Shown here one piece after another: positions 43,164 through 45,246 of a DNA stretch of 45,246 nucleotides (positions within the stretch are counted from its first letter, which is position 1; each line of letters starts with the position of its first letter). A program made the translations under genes and the position numbers. The stretch is from NCBI GenBank assembly GCA_964539035.1, contig CAZIHK010000010.1:1-45246 (forward strand), given 5' to 3'. The notes under the pieces are model-generated. The model made no database searches. It was given only the letters and a program-made list of their open reading frames with translations, and was not told the origin of the DNA. The stretch is from an uncultured Candidatus Saccharibacteria bacterium. Lineage in GTDB: Bacteria > Patescibacteriota > Saccharimonadia > Saccharimonadales > CAIOMD01.

Positions 43164-43576
43164 AAATTAAACAAAAAGTTTGGGTGGCGATTTATAAAAA
43201 AGTGGACGAAAAAGTAATGTATTTGGCATTAAAACCGACACCAGGGCCAGATTATATGTATGATTATTATGTTGTTACGGGCAGCGTAGAAAAGGGCGAA
43301 AGCGTAGAAGATGGCGCCAAAAGAGAAGTAAAAGAAGAAACGGGTTTGGATGTTAAAAAGTTAATAAATTTAAAACATCAATTAAAGTTCGATGATAGGC
43401 GGGGCAGCAATATTGAATATTGTTTTGGAGCGCTCGTTGATGAAGGCGAGATTATATTAAACGAAGAACATATTGGGTATAAATGGATGCCAAAAGATGA
43501 GTTTATAAAACAACTTTGGTGGTTTGGTGGCGATAAACAAGTTCTGGCTAAGTTAATCGATAGGATAGATGCGTAA
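43160..43576 (+). CDS. NUDIX hydrolase
   Basis: GSVEKGESVEDGAKREVKEETGL NUDIX box. ATGA overlap with the upstream gene. Confidence 0.8.
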   Translation: MKIKQKVWVAIYKKVDEKVMYLALKPTPGPDYMYDYYVVTGSVEKGESVEDGAKREVKEETGLDVKKLINLKHQLKFDDRRGSNIEYCFGALVDEGEIILNEEHIGYKWMPKDEFIKQLWWFGGDKQVLAKLIDRIDA

Positions 43577-44114
43577 AATGTTTATAAAAGAATTAATATG
43601 TTCGGACGAAATAAAGTTGGTTAAGCCAGATGCCGAAAGGGATGTCCCCTTGAGTATCAAATGGCTTAATAATACAGATGGTATTAAAACTCTACTTTTG
43701 ATGGGCAATGCAGTGCAAGACGATTACAAGACAAATAAAAAAGAAGAATCAAATCGTATTAAAGATTTTGTAAGCAAAAAAGATCAACTAAATTGGATGA
43801 TTGAGTATAAAGGCAAGGTGATCGGTGCGGTATGGGCAGATTTGGCTCTCAAAAATGGCCTAAAATCTCCGTCTGTACATATTATGATTGGCGATGAATC
43901 TGCTCGTGGTAGGGGCATTGGCACAATAGCAGAACTGACCGTGATAGATTATTTATTCGAACAAAATTATAAGACAGTTTACTCTCGTGCTTTAACCGAT
44001 AATAAAAGAATGATACACATTGCAATAAATAAACTTGGTTTTAAAAAAGACGAAAAAGTATATATGGGCGAGGATGGTCTAATTTGGCAAAATCTTAAGA
44101 TGGATAAACCATGA
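43569..44114 (+). CDS. GNAT-family N-acetyltransferase
   Basis: ARGRGIGTIAEL (Q/RxxGxG/A acetyl-CoA loop) and NKRMIHIAINKLGFKK. Confidence 0.7.
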   Translation: MRKMFIKELICSDEIKLVKPDAERDVPLSIKWLNNTDGIKTLLLMGNAVQDDYKTNKKEESNRIKDFVSKKDQLNWMIEYKGKVIGAVWADLALKNGLKSPSVHIMIGDESARGRGIGTIAELTVIDYLFEQNYKTVYSRALTDNKRMIHIAINKLGFKKDEKVYMGEDGLIWQNLKMDKP

Positions 44115-44713
44115 CAGAAGAAACAACTCGAAAAACTTATGATAAATCAGCTCAGATATTCTCTGACTATTTTGCCACTCACGGTGCTAGAACCGTTGAC
44201 ATAGAAAAGGCCATTATGTATTTAAACAATAAAGTAGAGATAAGCGCGCTAGAACTTGGTTGTGGGGATGGCCGTGATGGGGTAGGTATTAATAAAAGTG
44301 TCACAAATTATGAGGGTATAGATTATTCAAAAGGTATGATTGCTATTGCCAACAAAAAACACCCTGAGCTAAATTGTCGAGTTGCAAATATGCTAAATTT
44401 TGAATATCCACAAGACCAAGATATTATTTTCGCTTTTGCCTCACTACTTCACCTAAACAAAGATCAGGTAAAAGAAGTTATAAATAAATGTAGCTATAGT
44501 TTAAAGCCGGGTGGTATCTTGGCCGTTTCTTTAAAATACCGTCCGAAATACAGTAGCGATATTAAGGTAGACAGAGCTGGAGACAGACAGTTTTTTTTCT
44601 ATACTCCGGAATTAATACTTGAATTATGTGGCGGAAAGTATGTTGAGCTATATAAAGACTTCCGTTCAAAAACTGACACAAAATGGTTTTTTCAGATTCT
44701 TCAAAAGAAATAG
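44111..44713 (+). CDS. Class I SAM-dependent methyltransferase
   Basis: Motif I LELGCGDGRDG, post-I IDYSKGM, and motif II region IIFAFASLLHL. Confidence 0.75.
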   Translation: MTEETTRKTYDKSAQIFSDYFATHGARTVDIEKAIMYLNNKVEISALELGCGDGRDGVGINKSVTNYEGIDYSKGMIAIANKKHPELNCRVANMLNFEYPQDQDIIFAFASLLHLNKDQVKEVINKCSYSLKPGGILAVSLKYRPKYSSDIKVDRAGDRQFFFYTPELILELCGGKYVELYKDFRSKTDTKWFFQILQKK

Positions 44714-44791
44714 TGTTAGGTTGGTATACAAATTAAAGTATTAGTATTTCTGAAATAATTTTAGATTGTTAATTGTACTATAGTTAAGGTT

Positions 44792-45211
44792 ATGGTCGCA
44801 GATACAAGTAAAACAGATGAGCAAATTGTTGCGTTAGTCCAAAAAGGTGACCGCGATATGTATGCTTTGATTGTTGAGCGATACGAACGGAAACTGCTTA
44901 GATATGGTGTCTATTTATTAAAAGACCACGATATAGCCGCCGATATTGTGCAAGATACATTTATCAAAGCATATATAAATTTGCAGAGTTTTAATACGCA
45001 TAAAAAATTTAGTAGCTGGATTTATCGCATTGCCCATAACGAGGCCATAAACTATATAAAACGCAGCAAAAAATCACATACTTTTACAGAATTAGATACA
45101 GACGAAGATGATTACTTGGCAGAATACACTCTAGAAAAAGTTATAGATAAAAATTTGATGAAAGCTAACGTGCAAAAATGCTTAAAAAATGTAGATATTA
45201 AACACCAAGAG
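44792..45211 (+). CDS. ECF-type sigma-70 family factor, 3'-truncated (contig end)
   Basis: The ATG at 44792 reads MVADTSKTDEQIVALVQKGDRDMYALIVERYERKLLRYGVYLL...DIVQDTFIKAY...FSSWIYRIAHNEAINYIK (region 2). It is open until the adapter junction and is not in the ORF track because it has no stop. Confidence 0.75.
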
Positions 45212-45246
45212 CTGTCTCTTATACACATCTCCGAGCCCACGAGACT
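45212..45246. other. Illumina Nextera/Tn5 mosaic-end adapter (non-biological)
   Basis: CTGTCTCTTATACACATCTCCGAGCCCACGAGAC is the Nextera transposase adapter read-through sequence, exact over 34 nt. Confidence 0.95.

Noticed and set aside
1-45246. CRISPR arrays, rRNA genes, additional tRNAs
   Set aside because: Scanning by eye found no regularly spaced 25-40 nt direct repeats with unique spacers and no rRNA-like conserved stretches. No other cloverleaf-compatible GC-rich island stood out apart from 5908..5998.

Overview
45.2-kb fragment of a low-GC, compact bacterial genome. The gene content (SIS-type PGI/PMI, DUF1361, many short orphan ORFs, strong AAGGAG Shine-Dalgarno sites) fits a CPR/Patescibacteria, Saccharibacteria-like organism, but this is inference only. 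Layout: (i) 1-6.2 kb holds a possible transposase fragment at the contig edge, two orphans, PGI/PMI, a PIN/RHH toxin-antitoxin pair, a MacB-type ABC exporter, and tRNA-Ser(GGA) followed by a 15-nt duplicate of its 3' end. (ii) 6.2-25.3 kb is an accessory island built from four iterations of one module: a TrmB-type wHTH regulator on the + strand, transcribed divergently from a minus-strand operon of mostly orphan genes (19 genes in total). These include a DEDDh exonuclease, a nucleotidyltransferase / kinase-NUDIX / HAD / YfiH-like / metzincin-like set, a tandem B-A-B-A-A array of two unnamed paralogous families, and possible JAB-like and ART-like proteins. The modules share promoter heptamers, a repeated hairpin element and recombination scars. 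This island is my candidate for the undescribed system. (iii) 25.4-45.2 kb is a plus-strand housekeeping block: NQO1-like reductase, DUF1361, argS, photolyase-related protein, msrB, orn, dnaG-rpoD, HD hydrolase, polA, two NUDIX genes, GNAT, methyltransferase and an ECF sigma factor. I saw no rRNA, CRISPR array, integrase or phage structural genes. The last 35 nt are Illumina Nextera adapter, an assembly artefact. All family assignments are by-eye motif recognition; no searches were run.
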